From: a bacterium
GTDB taxonomy: Bacteria; Hinthialibacterota; Hinthialibacteria; Hinthialibacterales; Hinthialibacteraceae
Length of the DNA stretch: 64,000 nt
NCBI GenBank assembly: GCA_963663405.2
Contig: CAXXSM010000109.1
Span: forward strand, 8,632 to 72,631
Direction of reading: 5' to 3'
Part shown: positions 40,931 to 52,674 of the stretch, in pieces
Layout of the letters: every line of letters starts with the position of its first letter
Numbering within the stretch: the first letter of the stretch is position 1
The notes under the pieces: model-generated
What the model was told of the DNA's origin: nothing
Database searches by the model: none
Seen by the model: the letters and a program-made list of their open reading frames with translations, nothing else
Program-made: the position numbers and the translations under genes

Positions 40931-43513
40931 ATGAAAAACAAACTGCCAGTTCTATCCTTCTTTCTTACACTCTGTCTTTCGTTCGTCCCATCATGCGTTT
41001 CTTACGCCGATGAAAGCGCCGCGAATCACGCAGGACATGAGAATTGGCCTTTCGAGATAAAGACACAACACAAACCGGGGACCTACTGGTGGGCGCCAGG
41101 AAGCGCATGGGATATAGAAAGTATCGATTGGAACCTAAAGAAACTAAAAGAGGGGGGGATTGGCACGCTCCATATCGTTCCCATCTATGGCGCGAAAGGA
41201 TATGAAGACCGCTATATCCAATTCCTCTCAAAAAAGTGGATCGATTCATTGAATGCGATTGTAGAAAAAGCCGGTTCGCTGGGAATAAACGTCGATATGA
41301 CTACCGGCACAGGCTGGTGTTTTGGTGGACCGGATTTAAGCGATAACGAATACGATCTGATGGCACGGTGGGACGACGGAAAAATGCTTGTACGGGGTTC
41401 CCGGATGGTCAAACGCGCCGCGCCGGGCGGCGAAGGCCATATGCTCAATCCATTCTCTTCCCGCGCGATGCGATCGTATCTCAACCGGTTTGATAATGCG
41501 CTGGCCGAATGCGAACATCTGCCACGGGCGCAATACCACGATTCGTTTGAATATTCCGCCAACTGGTGTATCGACGCGCCTGAAGAATTCAAAAAACGGC
41601 GCGGATATGACCTACACGATCATCTCGCCACGCTATTCAGCGATGGAGATTCAAGCGAGACAACAGCCCGGATCAAGTACGATTACCGGCTGACGATGAA
41701 TGAACTTCACCAAGAATATATCCAGACATGGGCGGATTGGGCGCGCTCCAAAGGCATGATCACGAGAAATCAAGGTCATGGTTCTCCAACCAACCTCCTG
41801 GACACCTACGCGATCACAGATGTGCCGGAAACAGAAATGTTCGGCTCTCCCGAATTCCCCATACCTGGTTTCCGCCATGAGGAACAATTCTGCCGCCCTG
41901 GAGATTCCGATCACCGGATCTGCCGGATGGCGTCCTCGGCGGCCCACGTCGCGCACAAACCGGGAAGTCAACTCGTCTCATCCGAAAGCTGCACCTGGAT
42001 GCGCGAACACTGGCATGGAACGCTGGGACAGATCAAACTGGAAATGGATCTCTTTTTCCTCGCGGGGATCAATCATGTCTTTTATCACGGATCGTGCTAT
42101 TCACCGAAAGATATCCCCTGGCCCGGTTGGTTTTTCTACGCTTCAACAAAAGCGGATTGGCGAAACTCGATCTGGCATGATATGCCATTATTAAATGATT
42201 ACATCGCCCGATGCCAATCCGTCCTGCAAGCGGGACAACCGGCCAATGACATTTTGGTCTACTGGCCGATCCACGATCTATGGATGGATCCGGAAGGATT
42301 GCTCAAAAATCTGACTGTGCACAGTCATGGATGGATGGATAATACAAGCCTTGGAAATATGGCGAACCAGCTGGACGCGAAAGGCTACTCGTTCGATTTC
42401 ATCTCCGATCAAATGTTGGATTCCATTGAATTTAAAAGGGGCGAATTCATCGCGCCAGGGGGAACATACAAAGCGATCGTTGTACCCGAATCGAAGTATA
42501 TGCCTGCCAAAACACTCAAAACGCTCGCCGATCTTGCTTCCCAAAAAGGCGCTGTGGTTCTCTTCGAAAAAGCCCTGCCAGCGGATGTCCCTGGGTACGG
42601 AGATTTGAAAAAACGCCGTGAGGATTTTATCAAAGAAAAAGAACGTTTTGGAAAAGCCGCTGTTACGGATGATGTCATCGAGAGCCTCAGCCGCGCAGGG
42701 ATTTTGCGGGAAACGATAACCGATTGTGGGCTCCGTTATATCCGCCGTAAAATAGAAGACTCCTATTGGTATTTCATCGCCAACCATACAGCGCGTGAAT
42801 GGTCAGGCTGGCTGGAACCGGCGGTTCCCTTCTCTTCCGCCATTCTCCACGATCCAATGACGGGGGATGCGGCGCAGTTGCTGGTCAAGAAGACAAAATT
42901 TTATATTGACATCGCCCCCGGCGAATCATTCATCATCCAAACAAGCCCAGCAAAACAAAACATTAAACCATACATATCGATGAAACCGGTGGATGATCCC
43001 ATTGAACTGAAAGGGAAATGGAAGATCGAATTCATCGAAGGCGAGCCTGATTTACCTGAATCCTATACAACCGAATCATTGGAATCCTGGACCAGCGCGC
43101 CGGATGAGAAAGCGCAGCGATTCGCAGGAACAGCCCGTTACACATTGACGTTCAATTTCCCGGAACTTGGCGCCGCTGATGATTATCTTCTTGATTTAGG
43201 CGATGTTCGAGAGTCAGCACGGGTGAAAATCAATGGCAAACAGGCGGCCGCGCTTTTCGCTCTTCCGATGCGAAGCCGTGTTGGCCGGTATTTAAAGGAA
43301 GGGAGGAACACAATCGAAATTGAAGTAACCAATCTCTCCGCCAATAGGATACGGGATCTGGATATTCGAAAAGTAGATTGGAAAATCTTGCGGGATATCA
43401 ATATCGTGACCCCCCAATATAGACCATTCGACGCGTCGGTATGGCCGTTGCAGCCATCGGGCCTTCTGGGGCCGGTGAGACTGCTCCCCATGAAGAAACA
43501 AGACGTCATGTAA
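40931..43513 (+). CDS. GH106-like alpha-L-rhamnosidase
   Basis: KPGTYWWAPGS, PIYGAKG, DMTTGTGWCFGGP, YHDSFE, QGHGSP, DVPETE, GINHVFYHG, LDLGDVRE, SGLLGPV. Confidence 0.85.
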   Translation: MKNKLPVLSFFLTLCLSFVPSCVSYADESAANHAGHENWPFEIKTQHKPGTYWWAPGSAWDIESIDWNLKKLKEGGIGTLHIVPIYGAKGYEDRYIQFLSKKWIDSLNAIVEKAGSLGINVDMTTGTGWCFGGPDLSDNEYDLMARWDDGKMLVRGSRMVKRAAPGGEGHMLNPFSSRAMRSYLNRFDNALAECEHLPRAQYHDSFEYSANWCIDAPEEFKKRRGYDLHDHLATLFSDGDSSETTARIKYDYRLTMNELHQEYIQTWADWARSKGMITRNQGHGSPTNLLDTYAITDVPETEMFGSPEFPIPGFRHEEQFCRPGDSDHRICRMASSAAHVAHKPGSQLVSSESCTWMREHWHGTLGQIKLEMDLFFLAGINHVFYHGSCYSPKDIPWPGWFFYASTKADWRNSIWHDMPLLNDYIARCQSVLQAGQPANDILVYWPIHDLWMDPEGLLKNLTVHSHGWMDNTSLGNMANQLDAKGYSFDFISDQMLDSIEFKRGEFIAPGGTYKAIVVPESKYMPAKTLKTLADLASQKGAVVLFEKALPADVPGYGDLKKRREDFIKEKERFGKAAVTDDVIESLSRAGILRETITDCGLRYIRRKIEDSYWYFIANHTAREWSGWLEPAVPFSSAILHDPMTGDAAQLLVKKTKFYIDIAPGESFIIQTSPAKQNIKPYISMKPVDDPIELKGKWKIEFIEGEPDLPESYTTESLESWTSAPDEKAQRFAGTARYTLTFNFPELGAADDYLLDLGDVRESARVKINGKQAAALFALPMRSRVGRYLKEGRNTIEIEVTNLSANRIRDLDIRKVDWKILRDINIVTPQYRPFDASVWPLQPSGLLGPVRLLPMKKQDVM

Positions 43514-43609
43514 AACTCCCCGCGAAAATACCACTTGACAAAAGACTAGGTTATTAGCATTAATAACCAACAATACAATCGAGGATGATCACATAAAAAG
43601 AGGTGAAAT

Positions 43610-44557
43610 ATGTCCGATAAAAACAACGTAGACCGCCGCCGGTTTTTAAAAACGTCCATCGCTGTTTCAACCGCCGCCGCAATTAGTTTTGAAGAAAAAA
43701 ATTTGCTCGCAAAAATGGCGGACAGCGCGCCAACAACAGGGTCGAGTGGAAATCAATTGCCTTTTGGTAAGATCAAAGACTTGAAAGTCAGCCGCTTGTT
43801 TTGCGGAGGAAATTTAATCGGCGGCTGGGCGCACAGCCGCGATCTCGTCTACGTATCCGAACTCGTCAAAGCCTATCATACCGATGAAAAAGTGTTTGAA
43901 ACACTGGAACTGGCGGAAGAAAACGGAATTAACACGATTCTGACCAATCCCACATCCGACCGGGTCATTAACGCCTATTGGAAGGAACGGGGCGGACAGA
44001 TCCAATGGTTTTCCGATTGCGCCTCCGGCGCCGATATCAAGGCCGGCATTCAACGCTCCATCGACAACGGCGCACACGCGGTCTATGTCCAAGGCGGAAT
44101 CGCTGACCGGGCCGTTCGAGAAGGTAAAGTCGAATATCTTGGTGAAGCGTTGGAATACATCAAGGAACGGGATGTTCCCGGCGGTTTGGGCGCGCACTGC
44201 CTCGAAACGGTGAAAGCCTGTGTGGACGCGGGTTACGAGCCGGATTTCTGGGTCAAAACTCTGCATAAAGATAACTATTGGTCGGCCACGCCAAAAGACG
44301 AACGCCCCAAAGGAAATCTACCCCCTCATGACAACATGTGGAGCACGAATCCCGAAGAAACCATTCAATACATGAAAAAACTCAAAGCCCCCTGGATCGC
44401 GTTCAAAGTCATGGCGGCCGGCGCGATTCCTCCAAAAGAGGCTTTCCAATACGCATTTGATAGTGGAGTCGATTTCGTCTGCGCGGGGATGTTCGATTTC
44501 CAGATTATCGAAGACGTCATCATCGCAAAAAATATTCTTAAAAACATCTATTCATAA
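43610..44557 (+). CDS. Tat-exported aldo/keto reductase-like TIM-barrel protein
   Basis: DRRRFLK Tat motif, VSRLFCGGN, WIAFKVMAAG, FVCAGMFDFQ. Confidence 0.7.
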   Translation: MSDKNNVDRRRFLKTSIAVSTAAAISFEEKNLLAKMADSAPTTGSSGNQLPFGKIKDLKVSRLFCGGNLIGGWAHSRDLVYVSELVKAYHTDEKVFETLELAEENGINTILTNPTSDRVINAYWKERGGQIQWFSDCASGADIKAGIQRSIDNGAHAVYVQGGIADRAVREGKVEYLGEALEYIKERDVPGGLGAHCLETVKACVDAGYEPDFWVKTLHKDNYWSATPKDERPKGNLPPHDNMWSTNPEETIQYMKKLKAPWIAFKVMAAGAIPPKEAFQYAFDSGVDFVCAGMFDFQIIEDVIIAKNILKNIYS

Positions 44558-44756
44558 AACATAAAAGACTATTATTTTAATTGGCGCATAGACCAAACCG
44601 CATCCATGAATCCTACTCTAACATTGCGCCAGCGCAATAAATAAAACATTTTGTTATTCAAAGACTAATAGTCATCTATTTAAATTAAAATCAAACTTCA
44701 TTTATTCAAATCAGTCTTTCCTTGCGTCTACCCTATAGATTGAAAGGAATGGCGCC

Positions 44757-46943
44757 ATGCGTCTAAGCGCGTATTCAAGAATGTCTCATCATAAATCCAT
44801 TTGGATTTCTGTCCTCATCGCCACGTACTTTATGAATGAATCGGTGTTAATCCATGCGCAGGAATCCGATCCGATCCTGTTCTGTTCGTTGGATAACGAA
44901 CAATCGATCGTATCCCCCGCCATCGGCATAGGCGGTTCTACAACATTAATCCCTACTGATTTCATCCCTAGCGTAACCAATAATGGAGCTGCGCTCATTC
45001 GCGATGGCGCGGGAGATTGTACGGAACCGGACTATCAAGTCATTCTCTTTCCAGCCGAATCAGGCGGCGTGCAAAACGTTGAATTGGACCAGGGCGAACT
45101 CGAATTCTGGTATCAACCCAATTACAACGCGGGCGCGGATGACGATAGTACCCATACACTCGTCTCCATTGCCATCGACGCTTACAATCCACCCTCAATG
45201 CGTTTAACCGAAAGCGATGAGTTGCGTTTCACAATCGTCGACGACGCTTGGAACGTATACTCCGTGTCCGGCGGGTATCACACTCCTCTTTGGACAACCG
45301 GTGAATGGATTCATATTCGCGCAGTATGGGATAATACCAGCGCTGATGACAGCCTGGGATTGTATCTTAACGGAATTCGAATCGACAGTGGCGGTGTGGC
45401 GGGTGGTTGGGATCTGGGTACGGAGACCGCGATTGGATCAATCATGATCGGCGCGCAGAATTCATGTGGGATGAATATCGCGCAAGGCGTAATCGATGAA
45501 TTCATCATCCGAGACGTCCCCCAGCCTCAAACTCCCCCATCTCAATTCTCAACCCCAATCCCGGAGCTGACAATCGCCGAAACGCTCATTCCCTCCACAC
45601 CAGGACCACAGGCTACGCCAACACCCATTCCACCTCTTCCGACACGCGCGCCGGGCGAAGTAGGAATCAACGATCCAAACGCGATTCTTCCCCCCGCCCC
45701 GTTGCCACTGCAGCCGGTGGGAACTCCATTTATAGATCCGGTGTTCGGAACCACCCTCCGGCGGGTTTCCGATCTGAGCGAACATGGAGGATTCGAAACA
45801 CAAATCTATTCCCAACTGCAGGCCTTCTCTTCAGACAATCAATACATGCTTCTCACGAGTGACGTTGAGTATATAATCCGGCGGATAGATGATCTCAGCG
45901 CCGTCGAAGGTCTCGACACATCAGGATGGAATGCCCCCCGCTGGCATCCCGCAATCCCTCACGTCATCGTTCATTTCGACAGCAACGCAGACACAACCGT
46001 CCGCGTGCAATTCACTGATCTGGATTCTTTAATCACCGAAACCGTTTTTACGTTTCCCCCTGAATGCAATTACATCCAAGTCAATCCATCGTTCGACGAA
46101 ATCTCAAAAGACGGCCGCTGGTTGGCGGGATTGGTAAAACGAAATGATGGGGATTTCATGATCTTTTCACTCAATCTCGACACGATGACTTTAGGCGCTC
46201 AAATGCTCCTATCCGACCTGTATACAAATTATTGCGTACCCGATCCCGAGTGGGGGAAATGTTGAACTGGATTGGATCGGTGTCTCTCCACTGGGCCGAT
46301 ATCTCGTTGTGCAATGGAAGCGGGATGGAACGCAAAACTGCAGCAGTTTAGAGACCTACGATATCGAGACGGGAGATTTCCTGGGCCGTGTCATGGAAGG
46401 TCATTCACATGGTGACCTTGGGATACTGCCTGATGGCGTCACCGAGATCTTCATGACAACCAGCGGCTCTTCTCCAATGGATCAGAACAGGCCCGCGATT
46501 GTATACTACGAACTCCCTGGCACAATCCCATCCAGTCCTCCCAACTACTTATTGCCCATCGACTGGGCCGATATTGATCATCTCTCCTGCCAAGGTCCCC
46601 ACGGAACCGCATTAGTCTCGTACGGCGGTTGGGAAGGAGCATGGACGCCCTTTGAATTGGAACTCTTTTTCATCCAAACGGATGGATCGGTCAAGCGATT
46701 GGTCCATCATCGCTCCAGCGGCTGTGGCTATTGGGTGCAGCCACGGGCCAGCGCCTCCAGCGACGGCCGTTATATCCTCTTCGCTTCCGATTGGGGGACA
46801 GGAAACCGGCCGGGAACAGCTGCGGCAATGGGAACGATATGGGCGCGGGTGATCCCTACATCATTGACCTATTCGCCAACTTAACACCCACCCCTACACC
46901 ACCGGATACAAACGTGAAAGACTGGATCAATCATACCCGCTAA
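44757..46943 (+). pseudogene. Secreted LamG-like + Pro/Thr linker + beta-propeller protein, frameshifted near 46255 and 46800
   Basis: LamG motifs (EFWYQP, WIHIRAVWD, LYLNG, GVIDEF), PTPIP linker, DPVFGTTLRRVS, RLVHHRS..YWVQPRASASSDGRYILFASDW; ends PTPTPPDTNVKDWINHTR. Confidence 0.7.
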
Positions 46944-47089
46944 TCCCTCCATTCCACTTGTATCATTTTGAATGAAATGACCTTTGCATCGGACATTACA
47001 ACGCGATAGATTCATGGTAAAGTCTCTCTATACCTATATTCATTTCCCAACACTGACAGCGAATGAAAACGAATGGAAGGGAGCGTTCC

Positions 47090-48043
47090 ATGATGAAAGA
47101 ACAATCATTTTCCCGCAGAACTATGCTTAAGAACGCGGCGATCACTACAGGCGCGCTTTGCCTAAGCGGTAGTTTAAGCGGAGCGGAAGAAACCAAACCT
47201 TCCTCCGCTTTGCATCTTGCGTCGAATCAATACTCATGGCATGTATACTATCAGCGGGACGGACGTGATTTCGCCGCGTCGCTTGATGATGGATTAAAAG
47301 ACGTCGCCGCAAGCGGAATCAACGGTTATGAAGCCAGCATTACTACACCGGATCAAATCACTCAGTTAGCGCCACTGCTGCGTAAACACAACCTTGAAAT
47401 GCGATCCATCTATGTTAACAGTGTTCTGCATGATCCAGCGCAGGCTGAAAAAAGCATCGAACAGATCCTTACGATCGCGAAGAAGGCGAAAGAAATCGGC
47501 GTAAACATCTTCGTCACTAATCCCAGCCCCATCCAATGGGGCGGTCAAGAAGCCAAGGACGATAAGCAACTCATCACACAAGCGAACGCGATGAACAGAT
47601 TGGGACGGGAACTCTCATCAATGGGCTTGATCCTGGCTTATCACAACCACGATATGGAACTACAAAACGCGGCGCGTGAATTTCACCATATGATGGTGGG
47701 AACCGATCCACGATACGTAACCTTATGCTTGGACGCGCACTGGGTTTACCGGGGCGCGGGCAATTCCTCGGTCGCCTTATTCGATATTGAAAAACTATAC
47801 GCTACGCGAATCACGGAGCTGCACCTCCGCCAGTCGATCAATAACGTATGGGCTGAAACATTCGGCGAAGGTGACATCGATTATCCTGCCCTGGCGCGGT
47901 ACCTCTTAAACCTGAATATCAAACCTCACCTTGTTCTTGAACAAGCGGTGGAAAAAGGAACGCCGAAAACGATGGATCCAGTAACCGTTCATCAAAAAAG
48001 CAGCGCCTACGTCCGGCGGATCTTCGCCGCTTTCGCCGACTGA
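47090..48043 (+). CDS. Tat-exported sugar phosphate isomerase/epimerase (IolE-like TIM barrel)
   Basis: SRRTMLK, LAYHNH, LCLDAHW, ELHLR, GEGDIDY, LVLEQ. Confidence 0.85.
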   Translation: MMKEQSFSRRTMLKNAAITTGALCLSGSLSGAEETKPSSALHLASNQYSWHVYYQRDGRDFAASLDDGLKDVAASGINGYEASITTPDQITQLAPLLRKHNLEMRSIYVNSVLHDPAQAEKSIEQILTIAKKAKEIGVNIFVTNPSPIQWGGQEAKDDKQLITQANAMNRLGRELSSMGLILAYHNHDMELQNAAREFHHMMVGTDPRYVTLCLDAHWVYRGAGNSSVALFDIEKLYATRITELHLRQSINNVWAETFGEGDIDYPALARYLLNLNIKPHLVLEQAVEKGTPKTMDPVTVHQKSSAYVRRIFAAFAD

Positions 48044-48085
48044 AGACCATCGTAACTCTAACATACAAATGGGGGAGAAGAAACG

Positions 48086-49216
48086 ATGTCAAATGAAATC
48101 AACATCGGGATCGTCGGCGCTGGATTCATGGGAAGAGCGCATAGCAACGCCTGGATCGATGTGACGCACTCGTTCGATCTGCCTGCAAGCCCTGTGTTAC
48201 GCGCCGCCTGTGATGTGAACGAATCGATTTTGCATCCGTTCGCAAAGAAATATGGTTGGCAAACCACGGAGACATCGTGGGAACGTTTAATCGCCCGCGA
48301 TGATATCCACGCGATCGATATCTGCGTCTCCAACAGTTCTCATATGCCGATCGCCATAGCCGCGGCGGATGCGGGAAAACATGTGATCTGCGAAAAACCC
48401 ATTGCGCGGAACACTCAGGAAGCCCGCGCCATGCTTGAAGCGGCCCAACGCGCAAATGTCCGCCATATGACCGCCTTCAATTACCGCCGTGTCCCCGCCA
48501 TCGCTCTCGCCAAACAACTCATTGATGAAGGGAAAATCGGGCGGATCTTTCATTTCAACGCCGTCTACTATCAAGATTGGTTAGTTGATCCAGAGTTTCC
48601 AATCGTTTGGCGCCACGACAGCAAAGAAGCCGGTTCGGGCGCGCATGGGGATATGAACGCGCATATTGTCGACTTAGCGCGCTTCTTATGCGGGGAAGTG
48701 GAAGCGGTCTGCGGAGCGCAGGAAATCTTCATCCGCGAACGCCCATTGGCTGATAAAACCGGAACGGGTACTGTATCAGCGGATGATGCGATGTTCTTCT
48801 TGGCGCGTTTTCACAATGGGGCTCTAGGTTCGTTTTCCGCCACCCGCTTCGCCACAGGGCGTAAGAATTTCCTCCGTCTGGAGATATTCAGTTCAGAAGG
48901 AAGTCTTCTTTTCAATCTAGAACGGTTGAACGAACTCGAATACTACTCCCGGAAAGACACCCCGGTGGAACAAGGTTTTCGCACTATTCTCGTCACCGAA
49001 TCCGCCCATCCTTACTTGAACGCATGGTGGCCCCCCGGCCACATTATCGGTTGGGAGCATACCTTCATCCATGAAATTCGGGATTTTCTTTCCGCGATTC
49101 ACACAAACGAATCCGTCGCGCCCGATTTCTATGATGGATATCGCTGTCAGCAAGTTCTCGACGCCGTCTGCGCGTCGGCTGATGATAAACAATGGACACC
49201 CATTCCGGACGATTAA
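48086..49216 (+). CDS. Gfo/Idh/MocA family oxidoreductase
   Basis: IGIVGAGFMGRAH, HVICEKP, FNYRRVPA, GAHGDMNAHIVD, WWPPGHIIGWEHTF. Confidence 0.93.
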   Translation: MSNEINIGIVGAGFMGRAHSNAWIDVTHSFDLPASPVLRAACDVNESILHPFAKKYGWQTTETSWERLIARDDIHAIDICVSNSSHMPIAIAAADAGKHVICEKPIARNTQEARAMLEAAQRANVRHMTAFNYRRVPAIALAKQLIDEGKIGRIFHFNAVYYQDWLVDPEFPIVWRHDSKEAGSGAHGDMNAHIVDLARFLCGEVEAVCGAQEIFIRERPLADKTGTGTVSADDAMFFLARFHNGALGSFSATRFATGRKNFLRLEIFSSEGSLLFNLERLNELEYYSRKDTPVEQGFRTILVTESAHPYLNAWWPPGHIIGWEHTFIHEIRDFLSAIHTNESVAPDFYDGYRCQQVLDAVCASADDKQWTPIPDD

Positions 49217-49284
49217 TTCGTGATTTTAGCGAAGATTCGATCCTGCTCACGATTCTTTACTGAATTATATAAGGAGCGATTCAA

Positions 49285-49878
49285 GTGCCTAAAAATTATG
49301 GATTTACGCTCATTGAGTTACTAATCGTTGTAGCGATCATCGGGATTCTAGCGGCGATCGCCGTTCCTAATTTCCTGAACGCGCAGGTCCGGGCGAAAAT
49401 CGCCAATGCGCAAGCGGGTCTCAAAGCGTATATGTCAGCGATCGCAACCTACCGAATTGATTGGCCGGGACTCCCCAATCACCTAAACGGGCATTTCCCC
49501 TGGCAGAATCGGTATCTTACAACACCTGTCGCGTATATGACCGTTTCTCCCAAAGATCCGTTTCAAACATTTAACGGTCCTGATCGGTTATCAGGCCCCG
49601 TGAAATTGTACACATTCGGCGAATATCACGCGGACGCGGTCTTTGGAGACGAAAACCAAGGTTCGCTATATGGGCGTCTATTCAATACCCCGGCCCTCGC
49701 CCAGAAGGCGCTGAACCTAGGTAAAAAGGATGCGCAGTTAGCCTGGAGCTACGGTCCGGATCAATATCACACGACCTTTACGCCCACAAGTCCCTCCCAA
49801 GCGGATCAACATCCTCACTACCAATCATCAAACGGCGTCATCAGCGATGGAGATATCATCGTAGTTGGCCCAGGATGA
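49285..49878 (+). CDS. Orphan prepilin-type N-terminal cleavage/methylation protein (GspG-like)
   Basis: G|FTLIELLIVVAIIGILAAIAVPNF; LTTPVAY..DPF; WSYGPD; SNGVISDGDI. Confidence 0.92.
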   Translation: MPKNYGFTLIELLIVVAIIGILAAIAVPNFLNAQVRAKIANAQAGLKAYMSAIATYRIDWPGLPNHLNGHFPWQNRYLTTPVAYMTVSPKDPFQTFNGPDRLSGPVKLYTFGEYHADAVFGDENQGSLYGRLFNTPALAQKALNLGKKDAQLAWSYGPDQYHTTFTPTSPSQADQHPHYQSSNGVISDGDIIVVGPG

Positions 49879-50148
49879 TATGATGTATTTAAAAAAACTG
49901 GTTTATCCAGTAAGTGAGTATTTTACTAAAAAACGATCCGTATTTTAGAAAAGAAACGAGAGGGTAGCAAAGGCAAGGTTTTTCATCTGCCTTTGCCTTA
50001 TTCCAAACCACGTTCGAATAGCGCAATAACTTGTATCCCTCTGATTCATAGTGATCACCATCGACTGAGATCGTAAATAAAAAGTACTCACTTACTGGAT
50101 GAACCAAAAAACTTGTATGAGAAATCCAAACAGAAAAGGAAATTAAAA

Positions 50149-51153
50149 ATGAAAACAACCGTTATCATGAATTGGTATGTCCAAACAGCCTCGATCTGCC
50201 TTCTAATTGGCTGCGGACTAATCGCGCAGGCTTCCGATATAAACACCGTGTCGAAGATCCCTGTGATTTTCGATACGGATATTGGAGACGATATCGATGA
50301 CACATGGGCGCTTGGATTTCTTCTCCGCTCTCCCGAACTGGACGTCAAGTTAGTCGTTGGCGATCAAGGCAAATCGGAATACCGGGCCAAGATACTCGCT
50401 AAATTTCTTGAAACAGCGGGAAGAACCGATATCCCCGTGGGCATCGGCTTAGATATCAAACCGCAGGGAGTAGGTGGACAAGCCGAATGGGTGAAACAAT
50501 ACGATCTTAAAACCTATCCGGGTAAAGTGTATAAAGACGGGGTGCAAGCGATTATTGATACCATCATGAAATCCCCCGAATCGATCACACTCATCGCCGT
50601 CGGACCGGTTCCCAATATCGCTGAGGCACTAAAACGGGAACCCGCGATCGCCAAAAAAGCCCGTTTTGTAGGCATGCATGGCAGCGTCCGGCTTGGTTAT
50701 GGAGGCAGTAAAAAAATCTCCGCTGAGTATAATGTCCGCGCCAACGCTAAAGCCTGCCAAACCGTTTTCACCGCTCCGTGGGATATCACGATCACTCCAT
50801 TAGACACCTGTGGACTCGTCGTTTTGCAGGGAGAGCGGTATAAAAAAGTCCATGATTCCAACGATCCCATCGCTTCCGCAATCATTACAAACTATCGGTT
50901 ATGGTGTAAGAACCAACAAAATGGGGATGAAAAAGTCGCAGACCAACGGAGTTCCACACTCTTTGACACAGTCGCCGTTTATCTGGGATTCTCCGACCGC
51001 TTTCTCAAAATGGAAAAACTAGGTATCCGTGTGACAGACGATGGCTATACTGTCATTGATCCTAAAGCGAAAACAATCAACAGCGCCCTGGAATGGAAAG
51101 ACATGGACGCCTTCAAAGATTTACTCATTCAACGTGTAACAGGCGGAAAATAA
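50149..51153 (+). CDS. Secreted inosine/uridine-preferring nucleoside hydrolase family protein
   Basis: VIFDTDIGDDIDDTWAL, AVGPVPN, AEYNV, PLDT, LFDTVAV. Confidence 0.88.
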   Translation: MKTTVIMNWYVQTASICLLIGCGLIAQASDINTVSKIPVIFDTDIGDDIDDTWALGFLLRSPELDVKLVVGDQGKSEYRAKILAKFLETAGRTDIPVGIGLDIKPQGVGGQAEWVKQYDLKTYPGKVYKDGVQAIIDTIMKSPESITLIAVGPVPNIAEALKREPAIAKKARFVGMHGSVRLGYGGSKKISAEYNVRANAKACQTVFTAPWDITITPLDTCGLVVLQGERYKKVHDSNDPIASAIITNYRLWCKNQQNGDEKVADQRSSTLFDTVAVYLGFSDRFLKMEKLGIRVTDDGYTVIDPKAKTINSALEWKDMDAFKDLLIQRVTGGK

Positions 51154-51192
51154 CATCGGGCGCCAAATCCACTGCGGAAAGGAGATCCCATC

Positions 51193-52664
51193 ATGAAATC
51201 GAATCAAGTCTCCCGGCGCGCGTTCTGCCAAATCGGCCTCTTGGGAGCCTCCGCGCCGCGTCAAGCGGTCTCATTTCCAAATGTGATCACAAACAAAAAG
51301 AAGAGACCGAACATTCTCTTAATCTTCACCGATCAACAATGCGGCCGGGCGATGAGTGTAGCGGGCAATCCCTATCTCCAAACACCCAATATGGATTCCA
51401 TCGCGAAGCAAGGCGTCTATTTCACTCGTTCCTACTGCTCAGCGCCGGTCTGCGGACCTTCGAGAAGCAGTTGGATCACAGGTTTGCATCCCCATCAATC
51501 GGGCGTGAATTACAACGGAGATTCAATCAAGGATGGAATCCCCACAATGGGATTCATCTTCCAAAACGCCGGTTACGACACAGGATGGGCGGGGAAATGG
51601 CACTTGCCGGACTCATACCCGGCCATCCTGAAACATTGGCAAAAGGAACCAAAACTCGGTTCAATCCCCGGATTGAAATGCTGCCGATTGGGGGAGACAT
51701 CAAAAAAACGATCACGTTTGGAGATTTCGCCGACGATCCCGTAGCCGATAGCGCGATCGAATTCATGAGCCGGAAACGGGACCGCCCGTTTCTACTCGGT
51801 GTGTCTCTGCACAATCCACACGATATCTGCCATCAGGTCATGGGAAAACTGATCCCCGATCATCCAAGTTACCGGACCGAAGAACCGGATCGTTATGATT
51901 CGTATCCATCGCTTCCCCCCAACTTCAAACGCGATCCAAAGGAACCGGAATTCATCTCGATCTGCCGCCGCCGCGAAAAATACGGCCCCGAAAACACCTA
52001 TACAACAGAGTGGGATGAAACCCGCTGGCGGATCTATCTCTATGAATATTTCCGCATGACGGAACGAGTCGACCGGACCATCGGGCGGCTTCTACATACC
52101 CTGCGGGAAAACGGATTGGAAGATGACACGCTGATTGTATTTACCAGCGACCACGGTGAAGGTATGGCGGCTCACGAATGGGTTGTCAAATTGATGCTCT
52201 ACGAAGAACCCATTCTCGTTCCTTTCGCAATACAATGGAAAGGCACAATCCCCGAAGGAGCCATCAATCGGAAACACTTTATATCTGGTATGGATATTCT
52301 TCCAACGATCTGCGAATACGCGAACGTACCTCTCCCCAAACCAGTAACTGGTACCAGCCTGCGCCCCATGATCGAATCGCCCGAATCACCGGGGAGAGAC
52401 TCGATCGTGGTCGAACTTGGATCGGATAAATACAATCACAGCATGCTTGGAAGAATGATCCGTACAGACCGCTATAAATACATCGTTTTTTCAGAAGGAA
52501 AAAATCCCGAAATGTTCTTCGATCACCAAACCGATCCGTGGGAGAAGCAAAACCGAATCGCAGAACCTTCGCTTCAAAACACGATCGCTCAACATCGCGC
52601 GCAACTGAAACAATGGATCGAAGAGACCGGCGATCATTTTGTCTTCCCCCCGAACATTGGTTAG
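51193..52664 (+). pseudogene. Tat-exported sulfatase, frameshift near 51670
   Basis: SRRAF, RPNILLIFTDQ, CGPSR (CxPxR), GKWHL; continues HNPHD, FTSDHGE in the other frame. Confidence 0.88.
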
Positions 52665-52674
52665 TCAAAACCCC

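Noticed and set aside
49889-50158. Minus-strand ORF with VDGDHY..GYKLLRYSN, reminiscent of a DUF559 remnant
   Set aside because: Too short and degenerate, and it overlaps the upstream region of the nucleoside hydrolase gene.
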